A stretch of 64,000 nucleotides of DNA from Anaerohalosphaeraceae bacterium (GTDB lineage Bacteria > Planctomycetota > Phycisphaerae > Sedimentisphaerales > Anaerohalosphaeraceae): NCBI GenBank assembly GCA_050309605.1, contig JBNRMN010000033.1:224001-288000 (forward strand), given 5' to 3'. Made by a program: the position numbers and the translations under genes. Position 1 is the stretch's first letter. Each line of letters begins with the position of its first letter. Shown one piece after another: positions 18,768 through 28,636 of this stretch. The notes under the pieces are model-generated. The model worked only from the letters and a program-made list of their open reading frames with translations, was not told the DNA's origin and made no database searches.

Positions 18768-19541
18768 TTAGTGCAGGCCAAAAAACGAGCGGCTTGTTGC
18801 GGTTGTGATTTCGGCGAATTGCTCCAGCGGCATGCCGTGCAGCTCGGCCAGACAGCGGGCGGTATGAATCAGCAGGGCCGGTTCGTTGGGCTGAATCCGC
18901 CGCACCGGTTCCGGGGAGATATAAGGGCAATCGGTCTCAAGCATGATCCGCTCCGGCGGGATCATTTTGGCTGCTTCGCGCAGGGCGTCGGAGCGTTTGA
19001 AGGTGACCGTGCCGGTAAACGAGACAAAATAGCCGCGGTCCAGCACCTGCCGGGTCTGTTCGGCATGGCCGCCGTAACAGTGAATCACCACGCTGGATAA
19101 TGTGTTGCCGTATTCACCCAGAATCGCCATCGTCTCCTCAAAGGCGTCGCGGGTGTGGATGATGACCGGCTTTTGCATCTCGGCGGCGATGTCCAGATGC
19201 GTGCGAAAGAGTCGTTTCTGGTTGTCCGGCACGGCGTTGTCGTAGTGATAATCCAGACCGGTTTCGCCGACGGCGACGACGCGCTCGTGTTGCAGCGCCT
19301 GTTTCAACTCGTCAATGTCTGTCTCGGTGATGTCGTTGGCGTAGTGCGGGTGATACCCCAGCGCCGCCCACAAGAACGGATACCGCGACAACAGTTTTAG
19401 TACACGCCGGATGTGCGTGCGGTCGGTGCCGATGGTGATCCATTCCACGACGCCGGCCACCCGACTGCGGGACAAGACGTCATCGACCTGATTCTGCAAT
19501 TCATCAAACGTTAAATGTGCGTGTGTATCGATCAGTTCCAT
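18768..19541 (-). CDS. tatD: TatD-family metal-dependent hydrolase
   Basis: IDTHAHL, GETGLDY, IIHTR, VIHCY, LETDCPY. Confidence 0.93.
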   Translation of the reverse strand: MELIDTHAHLTFDELQNQVDDVLSRSRVAGVVEWITIGTDRTHIRRVLKLLSRYPFLWAALGYHPHYANDITETDIDELKQALQHERVVAVGETGLDYHYDNAVPDNQKRLFRTHLDIAAEMQKPVIIHTRDAFEETMAILGEYGNTLSSVVIHCYGGHAEQTRQVLDRGYFVSFTGTVTFKRSDALREAAKMIPPERIMLETDCPYISPEPVRRIQPNEPALLIHTARCLAELHGMPLEQFAEITTATSRSFFGLH

Positions 19542-19626
19542 AGACGTATGTTATAAAGATTTGCGGACAAAATGCAACGGTTTTCCCCCGGTTTCCCCCC
19601 GGATTTTCATTGTCAGGTTTTTGTTC

Positions 19627-19655
19627 TTGACTTTTAGTGTCAACTTCAGTAGAAT
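19627..19655 (+). promoter_or_regulatory. Sigma70-type promoter
   Basis: TTGACT, 17 bp, TAGAAT upstream of the CDS at 19776. Confidence 0.6.
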
Positions 19656-19775
19656 CGTTGCTGTCTGGTTAAAGGAGTATAATAACCAGCCGAGCACACC
19701 CACGGAGGGAGATGTCAATTTTACCCTTTAAATGTTAAACAGAGGTTCCGTTTAGCGGGAGAAGAAAGGTGATGG

Positions 19776-20645
19776 GTGATGAAAAGGTATAGGACGATTC
19801 TGGCATTGGGATGGGTGGTACTGACAATGGGCGGCGTGGCACAAGCGGCGATCCTGGGCATTGACTTCGATGGGGCTGGATATGTAGCCGGCCAGCATCC
19901 GCCCTTGCCCTGGAGAGACAATAGTCCCAACCTCACTGTTGGAGCCGGCGTAGGGTATCTGGGTACGCAGGGACTGGTACTGAGCAATAATCCGGCCAAT
20001 GCGGCGGTCTATGATTTGCCAACCCCGCTGAGTTCCGACATGGGGGCTTTGACCATTGAGATATTCGTCAATCCCCAAGGTTATTCTTGGAATTATGGGG
20101 GGGTGGCCGGCATCACACTTATGGGCAATGATCCATACGCACATGGTGGCGTGACTTTTGACTATTCTGCCGGCAAATCCCGGATAATCTGCTATCACAG
20201 GATAGGGTACGACACGATGGTGCAGACCAATATGGGTTCATTTACAAACTTTCAGTGGTATCAGGTCACCATCGATATCGACGAGGACTGGGAAAACATA
20301 ACATTCAATGTCGGCCCGGTTGGCGAGACAATGCTCTCGGCGACGAAGCCGTACAACGGCCGTACAATCAATCGTTTTCATCTCCGTAAGAATGACGAAT
20401 CATCACGGACGGCGATTTACGATAATCTCAGTGTTATCGCCATCCCCGCCTGCCCGTCGGCCGATTTGACCGGCGACTGCTTTGTGGATATGGCGGATTT
20501 TGCGGTGATCGCTCAATGGTGGCTTGACAACTGCGACGTTTCCAACGACTTTTGCGACGGTGCAGATTTTCAGGCATCCGGCCAGGTCACCGTTGATGAA
20601 TTGCTAACGGTAGCACTTCAGTGGTTGGAGGGTGAGCGAATTTAA
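19776..20645 (+). CDS. Secreted beta-rich protein with C-terminal dockerin-like domain
   Basis: Signal peptide ending VAQA; tail CPSADLTGDCFVDMADF...CDGADF. Confidence 0.82.
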   Translation: MMKRYRTILALGWVVLTMGGVAQAAILGIDFDGAGYVAGQHPPLPWRDNSPNLTVGAGVGYLGTQGLVLSNNPANAAVYDLPTPLSSDMGALTIEIFVNPQGYSWNYGGVAGITLMGNDPYAHGGVTFDYSAGKSRIICYHRIGYDTMVQTNMGSFTNFQWYQVTIDIDEDWENITFNVGPVGETMLSATKPYNGRTINRFHLRKNDESSRTAIYDNLSVIAIPACPSADLTGDCFVDMADFAVIAQWWLDNCDVSNDFCDGADFQASGQVTVDELLTVALQWLEGERI

Positions 20646-20734
20646 GAGATGGATGTTATATGAGATTATACCATCGACTGAGGGAAACCGGACAACCGGG
20701 GACAGTTACCTATTTGAGTGACAAGCGGGCACAT

Positions 20735-21676
20735 TTAACGGTGCCTGTCCCCGGTTTTGGTCCCATTTTCGGTTGTATCGGTGCTCTGTTTTTTCATTGT
20801 CATCAGGCGGCGTCTGAGCAGATGCAGCCAGAGCCATCGTGTCAGACCGCTAAGGGCAAAGCCGCCGAAAGAAATCACCAGCGCCAGTTGCAGTCCGCAC
20901 AAAAAAATCATCCCGACGATCACACCCGTCCAGGCCAGATAGGTAATGGGCTTTCGTCCGCGCAGGTATTGATTGACCACGTGGGGATACCGAATGCGGC
21001 TGACCATCAGGACGCCGGCGCCGATGGTCACAAACGGCAGGATGTAGAGAATCGTCCATCGCAGCATGGTAAACAGCGGTGTCTCGGAGGCCGCATCGTA
21101 AAGGATGTGCTGAAAAAACACCACCAGACTGGCCAGGACGCCGGCTGCGGCGGGGCTGGGCAGTCCGGTAAAGCTCAGGTGGGCGGTTTCGTCCTCGGTG
21201 TTTTCGACGTTGAATCGCGCCAGTCGAATCGCGCAGCAGCACAAAAACGTAACGCAGCCAAGCCAGATGAACCGCTCGAAGAAATCGCCGAAGAACGGCT
21301 CGGCCGAGCCGACCAGTTGGCCGTGATAATGCAGCATCAGATTGAGCACCAGAAACGCCGGTGCTGCGCCGAAGCTGAGCATATCGCACAGGCTGTCAAG
21401 CTGGCCGCCGAAGCTGGAGGTCGAGTGGCTCATTCGCGCGACGCGCCCGTCGAGCATATCGGCGATCATGGCAATGAAGATTGCGTATCCGGCCAGTGCG
21501 AAAGACGCCGGCCCCTTGGCGGCCAGTCCGATGGCGGCAAACCCTGCGATGCCGTTGACCAGGGTGATCAATGACGGCAGGATGGCGATGGTTTTGAGTC
21601 GTCCCTTTCGCATCTGCCGCATAAACCGGCGATGCGGGATGACTTTGCTGTCATCTGTTTTCGGATGTATGTTCAT
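20735..21676 (-). CDS. pssA: CDP-diacylglycerol--serine O-phosphatidyltransferase
   Basis: DMLDGRVAR...GGQLDSLCD motif, IRLARFN, FTGLPSP; overlaps psd. Confidence 0.9.
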   Translation of the reverse strand: MNIHPKTDDSKVIPHRRFMRQMRKGRLKTIAILPSLITLVNGIAGFAAIGLAAKGPASFALAGYAIFIAMIADMLDGRVARMSHSTSSFGGQLDSLCDMLSFGAAPAFLVLNLMLHYHGQLVGSAEPFFGDFFERFIWLGCVTFLCCCAIRLARFNVENTEDETAHLSFTGLPSPAAAGVLASLVVFFQHILYDAASETPLFTMLRWTILYILPFVTIGAGVLMVSRIRYPHVVNQYLRGRKPITYLAWTGVIVGMIFLCGLQLALVISFGGFALSGLTRWLWLHLLRRRLMTMKKQSTDTTENGTKTGDRHR

Positions 21677-22379
21677 AGCGTCCCAACACGGTTAAACCGG
21701 CTTTGACCTTGTCGCCCTTTTGAACCCGACATTGCAGCGACGGTCGGGCCGGGGCATACAGTTCCGTGCACGAGCCGAACTTGATCATTCCAAAATGCCG
21801 GCCGGCCTCGTATCTCTCGTCGGTTTTGGCCCGACAGACGATCCGCCGGGCGATGGCGCCGGAAATCTGGCGCACCAGCAGGCGATCGTTCGGCTCGTCC
21901 AGACGGAACATTTCGATCTCGTTGGCCTCATTGACCTTGCTGCATTCGGGGTTTCTGGCGTCGAGAAATCGCCCCGGCTTATAATGAATTTTCCCGATAC
22001 GAACCCGACACGGCGTTCGGTTGATGTGGACATTGAAGATACTCAAAAAGATTTCAATTCGCAATACCGGCCCGTCAAAGCCGTCGCATTGGTCCAGTGT
22101 CTCTACGGCGGTGATGGTTCCGTCAGCCGGCGAAAGCAGGGCCGCCGGGTCGTCCGGAATCGGCCGCAGCGGGTCGCGAAAAAACGCCAGCATCCAGACC
22201 AACACAATAAACAGCAGCAGCTCCGGCAGCCACAGGGTGATATGGCCCAGCACAGCGCACTGGCAGTGCGGCTTGATGACCAGCCGGAAAAGAACGGCGT
22301 ACAACACCATCGCGGCCAGGATGACCGCCGGATAGAGCGCCGCCTGCGGCAGGCCGTATTTGGTTATCGGGATTCGCAT
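21651..22379 (-). CDS. psd: Phosphatidylserine decarboxylase proenzyme
   Basis: FFRDP, SPADG, FLSIFNVHINR, GAIARRI, IKFGS self-cleavage motif; start set at MRIPIT. Confidence 0.92.
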   Translation of the reverse strand: MRIPITKYGLPQAALYPAVILAAMVLYAVLFRLVIKPHCQCAVLGHITLWLPELLLFIVLVWMLAFFRDPLRPIPDDPAALLSPADGTITAVETLDQCDGFDGPVLRIEIFLSIFNVHINRTPCRVRIGKIHYKPGRFLDARNPECSKVNEANEIEMFRLDEPNDRLLVRQISGAIARRIVCRAKTDERYEAGRHFGMIKFGSCTELYAPARPSLQCRVQKGDKVKAGLTVLGRYEHTSENR

Positions 22380-22583
22380 GGCGGTAGCATACGGCAAGAG
22401 CGGGGAAAAATCAAGCCTTGATAATCTTAAAACAGACAAAACAAGCCCATTGTGTAAAGTTTGTTTTGATTGGGCGGATTTCTCAGCGGTGTACCTGGAT
22501 CGATGTTTTCCCTTTTCAACTCGGCGCATCAGGCGTTATGATAGCCTGCTTTTATGTGACTGATATACATTCGGGATGATGCA

Positions 22584-23555
22584 ATGAAGATTGGAGATTT
22601 GGAACTGACGATGCCGTTCGTGCAGGCGGCTTTGGCCGGCTATACGGATTATCCGATGCGCAAGCTCGCTCGGCGGTTCGGTTGTCCGCTGACATTGACG
22701 GGAGTGATGCTGGATCGCATCGCGCTGCATCCGAAGGCGATTCGTCAGGCGAAGTTTCACCCGCACGACGATGAGCATCCGGTCGCGGCGCAGATTCTCG
22801 GCGACGACCCGCAGACCCTGGCGGCGTCGGCGTCGGTGTTTGAGCGGCTCGGTTATGATATGATTGATCTGAATTTTGCCTGTCCGGTTTTGAAGGTGCT
22901 TCGACGTCGGCGCGGGGGTTTTCTGATGCAAAAACCGGCGTTGGTTCGACAGGCCATTCGGCAGACGCGCGACGCGGTGTCCTGTCCGGTGATGATGAAG
23001 ATTCGCATCGGATTTGATCACAGTGAAGCGTCCGAGGACGATTTTTGGGCGATCTGTGCCGCGGCCGCTGAGGAAGGCGTCGATATGCTGGCCGTTCACG
23101 GTCGGACCGTCGATCAAAAATATCGCGGCAAGGCCGACTGGACACGGATCGCCGAGATTAAGCGACGGTTTCCGAATCTGACGGTTTTTGGCAGCGGGGA
23201 CATCTTCAGCGCCGATACCGCCTTTGAGCGATTGACCGAGACCGGTATTGACGGCGTCCTCATTGCCCGCGGGGCCATCGGCAATCCGTGGATCTTCAGC
23301 GAGCTGCTGGCCCGCCGGCAAGGCCGGCCCGCACCGGCCGAGCCGACTTTGGCTGAGCAGCAGCGCGTGATGCTGGAGCATTTTGAATTGATCCGCCAAT
23401 CGCGGCCGGGCGCAAGGGCGGTGTCGTTCTTTCGAAAGTTTGTCCCCGGCTATGCCAAGCGCCATCCCGAACGCAAGACGGTGATGCTGGCCCTTCTGGC
23501 CGCCCGCAGTCCGGAAGCGCTTTTTGCCGCCATACAAACGCATTACGGAGAATGA
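22584..23555 (+). CDS. tRNA-dihydrouridine synthase (DusB-like)
   Basis: IDLNFACP, VHGRT, GSGDI, IARGAIGNPWIF. Confidence 0.9.
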   Translation: MKIGDLELTMPFVQAALAGYTDYPMRKLARRFGCPLTLTGVMLDRIALHPKAIRQAKFHPHDDEHPVAAQILGDDPQTLAASASVFERLGYDMIDLNFACPVLKVLRRRRGGFLMQKPALVRQAIRQTRDAVSCPVMMKIRIGFDHSEASEDDFWAICAAAAEEGVDMLAVHGRTVDQKYRGKADWTRIAEIKRRFPNLTVFGSGDIFSADTAFERLTETGIDGVLIARGAIGNPWIFSELLARRQGRPAPAEPTLAEQQRVMLEHFELIRQSRPGARAVSFFRKFVPGYAKRHPERKTVMLALLAARSPEALFAAIQTHYGE

Positions 23556-23661
23556 ACCCTTGCCTTTTCGATTCACTCTTCTTATTGCCGTTGGTAAATC
23601 AAGATCTTCAAAAAAAAATATTGTTGTACCTTTGGGCGATTTTTCATAAGATCACGGGGTC

Positions 23662-24453
23662 ATGCGTACCGATCTGAAACATATGCTGGCTCGGCATCTG
23701 GAGCTGGATTCGTTCTTTGCCGGTGATTTTTCGATTCGCGGCAAACGGTCGGATCTGATCGCTTCGACGATGCCGCTCTCAGCGGACAGCGAGACAATGA
23801 ACGATACCGCCAAACAGCAGGACAGGATATTCAGCAATGGCGCGGATGCACAGCCGCGGGCACACGTTGAGACGCTTGAGGACATCGCCGCGGCGGTGCG
23901 GCAGTGCCGTTTGTGCGGCCTTGCCGAGAACCGCACCCATGCCGTGCCGGGCCAGGGCCATCCGAAGGCCCGGCTGGTGTTTGTCGGCGAGGGGCCGGGT
24001 GAGGACGAGGATGCCCAGGGCCTGGCCTTTGTCGGCAGGGCAGGCAAGAAACTGACCGAGATCATCGGGGCGATGGGGCTTACGCGGGAGGATGTGTTTA
24101 TCTGCAATGTGGTCAAATGCCGTCCTCCGGGCAATCGCGACCCCCGACCGGATGAGATTATTCAATGTATGCCCTATCTGAAACGTCAGCTTGAGCTGAT
24201 TGGGCCTCAGGTGATTGTGGCGCTGGGGGCTCACGCGGCGCGGACGCTGCTGCAAACCGATGAGGCGATCGGCAAGCTGCGGGGCCGATTTTTTGAGTAC
24301 CGTTTTTCGCAAGACGTGCCGCCGGCGAAACTTATGCCGACTTATCATCCGTCTTACCTGTTGCGCAATTACACGCTTGAGACGCGACGGCGGGTGTGGG
24401 AGGATATGCAGAAAGTCATGCAGGAATTGGGGTTGAAGTCGGCACAGCCCTGA
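23662..24453 (+). CDS. Uracil-DNA glycosylase family 4
   Basis: CRLC, VGEGPG, FVGRAG, NVVKCRPP, TYHPSYLLR. Confidence 0.93.
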   Translation: MRTDLKHMLARHLELDSFFAGDFSIRGKRSDLIASTMPLSADSETMNDTAKQQDRIFSNGADAQPRAHVETLEDIAAAVRQCRLCGLAENRTHAVPGQGHPKARLVFVGEGPGEDEDAQGLAFVGRAGKKLTEIIGAMGLTREDVFICNVVKCRPPGNRDPRPDEIIQCMPYLKRQLELIGPQVIVALGAHAARTLLQTDEAIGKLRGRFFEYRFSQDVPPAKLMPTYHPSYLLRNYTLETRRRVWEDMQKVMQELGLKSAQP

Positions 24454-24688
24454 CGGTTGACGGTACTTTCGGGAACAAAACCTGATTTCGGTGTTTTTAA
24501 GTCCGATAATTTTACATAAAACGCCTTTGTTTTTCATTTTTTTATTGACTTTTCCAAAAAAACTGTTCAAATGCAACTGTGTGGAAAAGTCTGTCGCAGT
24601 CACATGTGGTCTGTGTGAATGCGTGCCTTATAACGGCTCACGGAGAGCCGTGAGGAGAGAAAACAATGGATTTTAGAGGAGAAACACG

Positions 24689-25291
24689 ATGAAAAACGTA
24701 ATGGGTCTTTTGGTCCTGTCGTTGGTCGCCGCGACCGCAAGCGCCGCCGTTCATCCCGGTTACACGTTTCAGTGCTGGCAGTTTGACACCGAACTTATCG
24801 AGCCGGATTTTCAAACAAAGTGGAATCCGTTCGGGGATCCGGTCGCCGACATTGTGGATGTATCCGGTCAGGGCGTTGCGTGGAATTCGGGCGGTTATTG
24901 GGAAGGGCAGGGTTTCCAGGTCGTCATCGGCATTCCCAATCGTCCGGAAGCGGGTCCCTACAAAGAGGTCAAGATTGTGATGGTTTTTCAGGGCGAACTG
25001 GGGGACACGAGCATTGTGGATCCTTCCGGTGCGCCGTTTAGTCTGGTCAGTCGCGACATTGAAGAGCAGGATTCGTCGGGTTGGTACGTTTTGCGCGACA
25101 CGTGGCGTATTGAGCCGAATCCTCTGTCAGAGACGATTACGATCACGTTATTGGGCGATACGTTCCAAAACGCGGCGATTGACCGCATTTGCATTGATAC
25201 GCTTTGTATTCCCGAACCGGCGACGCTGGCAATTTTGGGACTGGGTGCGGTGGTGTTGATTCGCACGCGCAAAAGCGTCTTGCATCCGTAA
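24689..25291 (+). CDS. PEP-CTERM sorting domain protein
   Basis: Signal peptide; IPEPATLAILGLGAVVLIRTRK. Confidence 0.92.
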   Translation: MKNVMGLLVLSLVAATASAAVHPGYTFQCWQFDTELIEPDFQTKWNPFGDPVADIVDVSGQGVAWNSGGYWEGQGFQVVIGIPNRPEAGPYKEVKIVMVFQGELGDTSIVDPSGAPFSLVSRDIEEQDSSGWYVLRDTWRIEPNPLSETITITLLGDTFQNAAIDRICIDTLCIPEPATLAILGLGAVVLIRTRKSVLHP

Positions 25292-25370
25292 TCTATTTGG
25301 TACAACGTCGTAGTGATCCGGCGCGTCCGATGGCTGGATGCCGTATGAGCGTGTGTAGAGGTTAATTACT

Positions 25371-25430
25371 ACAACCTGCGCAGCGATGGACATCAGGGGT
25401 TGATGGCTTTCGATGTGCAGGTTGTTTTTT
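25371..25430 (+). terminator. Long hairpin followed by a T-tract; putative intrinsic terminator
   Basis: ACAACCTGC...GCAGGTTGT outer stem, CATCA/TGATG inner stem, then TTTTT. Confidence 0.55.
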
Positions 25431-25588
25431 GCGCATGGGCAGGAGGCTTTCTCTATTTGACCTCAGAAGCCGGACGCATTGCCGTTGGTCGTTCGTTAAA
25501 ACGCAAGGAAATCGCTTGACAGATTGAATGGGTTTCTTATAAATCGCGTTGACTTATTTTGTATGCAAACTGTCAAGATAAAGGACAG

Positions 25589-27415
25589 ATGATGGCCGAA
25601 TATCAAACAACAGAATTCCGTTTCTCAGGCGCCAAGATGTTGTTGATGCCGTTATTGATAGTTTTGATGTTTGTCGAGGCGTCTCTTGTCGCCGATACGG
25701 TTTATCTGTTTACGTCGTTTCGCGGCGACGGCGACGGATTGCATCTGTCCGTCAGTGAGGACGGATATGAATGGACGGCGCTTGAGGGGATTTTTCTTGA
25801 GCCTCAGGTCGGCAGTCGTCTGATGCGTGATCCGCATATTCTGGTCGGTCCCGACGGTTTGTTTCATATGGTCTGGACGACCGGCTGGCGCGACAAGGGG
25901 ATTGGCTATGCCCATTCGCGCGATTTGGTCAACTGGTCGCAGCAGCGTTATCTGCCGCTGATGGAAGAGGTTCCCGGTACGCGCAACTGCTGGGCGCCCG
26001 AATTGTTTTACGACCAAAAGCGCGGCGAGTATATGATCCTCTGGTCATCCGATGTCGAAGGGCGTTTTGCGGAAACGGTCTCCGAGCATCGAATGAACAA
26101 TCGACCGTATTATGTCACGACGACGGATTTTGAGACTTTCAGCGAGCCGAAAGTTCTGTTTGACCCGGGCTTTGACAACATTGATGCGACGCTCATTGAG
26201 CACAACGGGCGGTTTCTTCTGACGATCAAGGAAGGCGATATGCAGCAGCGCGGGATTTGGGGACCGATTTATCAGGCCACGGCCGACGATCCGCGCGGGC
26301 CGTATGAGCTGCTCGAAGAGCCGGTGCTGACGGCGCGCGCTGAAGGGCCGACCGTCGCCCGTATCGACGATGCGTATGTGATGTATATCGATTACTACGG
26401 CAGCGGTCGTTACGGCGCGCTGAAGACACGGGATTTTAAGACCTGGACGGACACCAGCGATCAGGTTCGGACGGTTCGCGGCCAGCGGCACGGCACGGTG
26501 CTGGCGATTCCGCGTCGTACTGCCTTGAGTTTGAAGGAGCGGGAGCTTCAATTGCCTCCGCCGCCGGTGCTGCCGGGGTATCACGCTGATCCGCATATCG
26601 CGGTCTTCGGCGACCGATATTATATTTATCCGACGACCGACGGCACTGAGGGCTGGGCCTCGACGTCGTTTAGCTGTATGTCCTCGACCGATTTGGTGCA
26701 CTGGCAAAATCACGGCGTGATTCTGCGTTTGGGCGTCGATGTGAAATGGGCCAATCGCAACGCCTGGGCGCCGGCGATTGCAACCAAAAACGGCAAATAC
26801 TATTTCTATACCTCTGCGGCTCAAAACATCGGTGTGGCGGTTTCCGATACGCCGCACGGCCCGTTTGTCGATCCGCTGGGCGAGCCGCTGGTGCCGAAGG
26901 GCCGATGGTCCGGCCAGGCGATTGACCCGATGGTCTTTATTGACGATGACGGTTCGGCCTACCTGTATTGGGGCCAGGGCAATTGCTGGGTGGTGAAGCT
27001 GAACGACGATATGATTTCGTTCGATCCTGAAGGTGTGCGGAGAATTACGCCGCCGGGTTATAATGAAGGGGCGTTTGTGATTAAGCGAAACGGCATTTAT
27101 TATCTGATGTGGTCCGAGTTTGACACGCGCGACCCGCGCTACAGTGTTGCTTACGGAATGTCCGATTCCCCGATGGGGCCGTTCAGGAAGGCCGCCGAGA
27201 ACCCTATTCTCAAGGCCAAAGGGATGGTCCAAGGCGCCGGGCATCATTCCGTGGTTCAGGTTCCGGGGGAGGATACATGGTTTATCGCGTACCATCGGTT
27301 TGCCATTCCGGACGGTTCCGGCTACAAGCGCGAAACGTGTATTTCGCCGATGCGGTTCAATCCGGACGGCACGATTCAGCCGGTGGATGTATTTGAGGCG
27401 GCCTCGCTGAAATGA
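25589..27415 (+). CDS. Secreted glycoside hydrolase with two tandem GH43-like beta-propeller domains
   Basis: Domain 1: MRDPHI, CWAPE, IDAT, AEGP. Domain 2: HADPHI, AWAPA, AIDPMVF, YNEGA, GAGHHS. Start approximate. Confidence 0.88.
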   Translation: MMAEYQTTEFRFSGAKMLLMPLLIVLMFVEASLVADTVYLFTSFRGDGDGLHLSVSEDGYEWTALEGIFLEPQVGSRLMRDPHILVGPDGLFHMVWTTGWRDKGIGYAHSRDLVNWSQQRYLPLMEEVPGTRNCWAPELFYDQKRGEYMILWSSDVEGRFAETVSEHRMNNRPYYVTTTDFETFSEPKVLFDPGFDNIDATLIEHNGRFLLTIKEGDMQQRGIWGPIYQATADDPRGPYELLEEPVLTARAEGPTVARIDDAYVMYIDYYGSGRYGALKTRDFKTWTDTSDQVRTVRGQRHGTVLAIPRRTALSLKERELQLPPPPVLPGYHADPHIAVFGDRYYIYPTTDGTEGWASTSFSCMSSTDLVHWQNHGVILRLGVDVKWANRNAWAPAIATKNGKYYFYTSAAQNIGVAVSDTPHGPFVDPLGEPLVPKGRWSGQAIDPMVFIDDDGSAYLYWGQGNCWVVKLNDDMISFDPEGVRRITPPGYNEGAFVIKRNGIYYLMWSEFDTRDPRYSVAYGMSDSPMGPFRKAAENPILKAKGMVQGAGHHSVVQVPGEDTWFIAYHRFAIPDGSGYKRETCISPMRFNPDGTIQPVDVFEAASLK

Positions 27416-27434
27416 CGGCGCTGTCCCTGTCTGA

Positions 27435-28418
27435 TCAGGCTAATTGACGGTCAAGCTGGGAGGGACTGACCGCCGCTGTTTCTACCGCCTCTGCCTCCAG
27501 CGGCGTCGGTCGGCAGGGTGTATGGTGAACGCGCGCAACGAAATCGTCGATCTCATTGAGTGTTTCAAAACCGACAATGACCGAATCGACGCACCCCAGA
27601 TTCAGCACATAGTCGAGCGTGTGATTGCGCCGCTGGTCGCTGTCGCGAAATCGCCCTTCACCGATGAGTTTCATCCCAATGATGCCTTTGCCGTTGGCGT
27701 GTGCTTTTTGGATAACAGGGACGACCTTGTCCGGGGTATCATCCATCGATTGGCCGTAGGGATTGATACGGGTGTGGATGCAATCGACCCAGGGGTGTTC
27801 AGCCGCGGCTTCCAGTGCCGCCAGTGAATGGCAGGACACACCGTGCGTGCGAATGAGTCCTTTTTTCTTGAGGTTCTCCAGAATGGCCATCTGATCCTGC
27901 ATTCGCTCGGTCCAGTCCGGTGCGGTCATACAGTGAATCTGCAGGATGTCGATATGGTCGGTTTTCAGTTCGTTGAGAAAGCGTTGTACAACGACATCGG
28001 CGTCGGGGCGTTCCGGCTCCGGCAGGCCGCGGGGCATATACCAGATTTTGGAGACCAGACAATACTCATCGCGCGGCACATCCCGCAGGGCGTTTGCCAG
28101 AAAGGTATGCGAGCCGTACAAATCGGCGCTGTCGATGAGTCGGATTCCGCGGTCCAGACTGCCGCGGATCAGGGCGGTAAAGTGCTCCTGACCGGCGCGG
28201 GTCTGGTTGGACTGACGATTAAAGCCCCGAAAGCCGGTACCGATGCCCACACGTGAGGTTTTCAGTCCAGTCCGGCCCAGCGGGACAATCTGATCGGGTT
28301 CAAAATGAGTCGGTTGTGTTGGCGACGTATTGGATGAAGGGTCTGAATGGCAACCGAGCAACGCGGTGCCAAGTCCCGCGACGGATCCTTTGATAAATTG
28401 ACGACGTCCAATGGTCAT
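27435..28418 (-). CDS. Aldo/keto reductase with twin-arginine signal
   Basis: MTIGRRQFIK...LLGC; LGRTGLKTS, DSADLYG, DILQIH. Confidence 0.88.
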   Translation of the reverse strand: MTIGRRQFIKGSVAGLGTALLGCHSDPSSNTSPTQPTHFEPDQIVPLGRTGLKTSRVGIGTGFRGFNRQSNQTRAGQEHFTALIRGSLDRGIRLIDSADLYGSHTFLANALRDVPRDEYCLVSKIWYMPRGLPEPERPDADVVVQRFLNELKTDHIDILQIHCMTAPDWTERMQDQMAILENLKKKGLIRTHGVSCHSLAALEAAAEHPWVDCIHTRINPYGQSMDDTPDKVVPVIQKAHANGKGIIGMKLIGEGRFRDSDQRRNHTLDYVLNLGCVDSVIVGFETLNEIDDFVARVHHTPCRPTPLEAEAVETAAVSPSQLDRQLA

Positions 28419-28636
28419 AATATAATCTCCGCATTTTGTGTGTTCGCTGGTCATCAGTATAACGACTTGTTTTTTACGATACAACTGTCAATCCGTTCAT
28501 CTTTCTTGTTTCCTGCCGGCGGTGTTTTCAGAGGATTCTTGACGCCGACGGGGCTTGGGAGTACCATTCTTTCTGTTGAGACCAAGGGTTTATCGATGTT
28601 GCAAAACGACATTTTGAGTGTGGAAAGGACCGTTCA

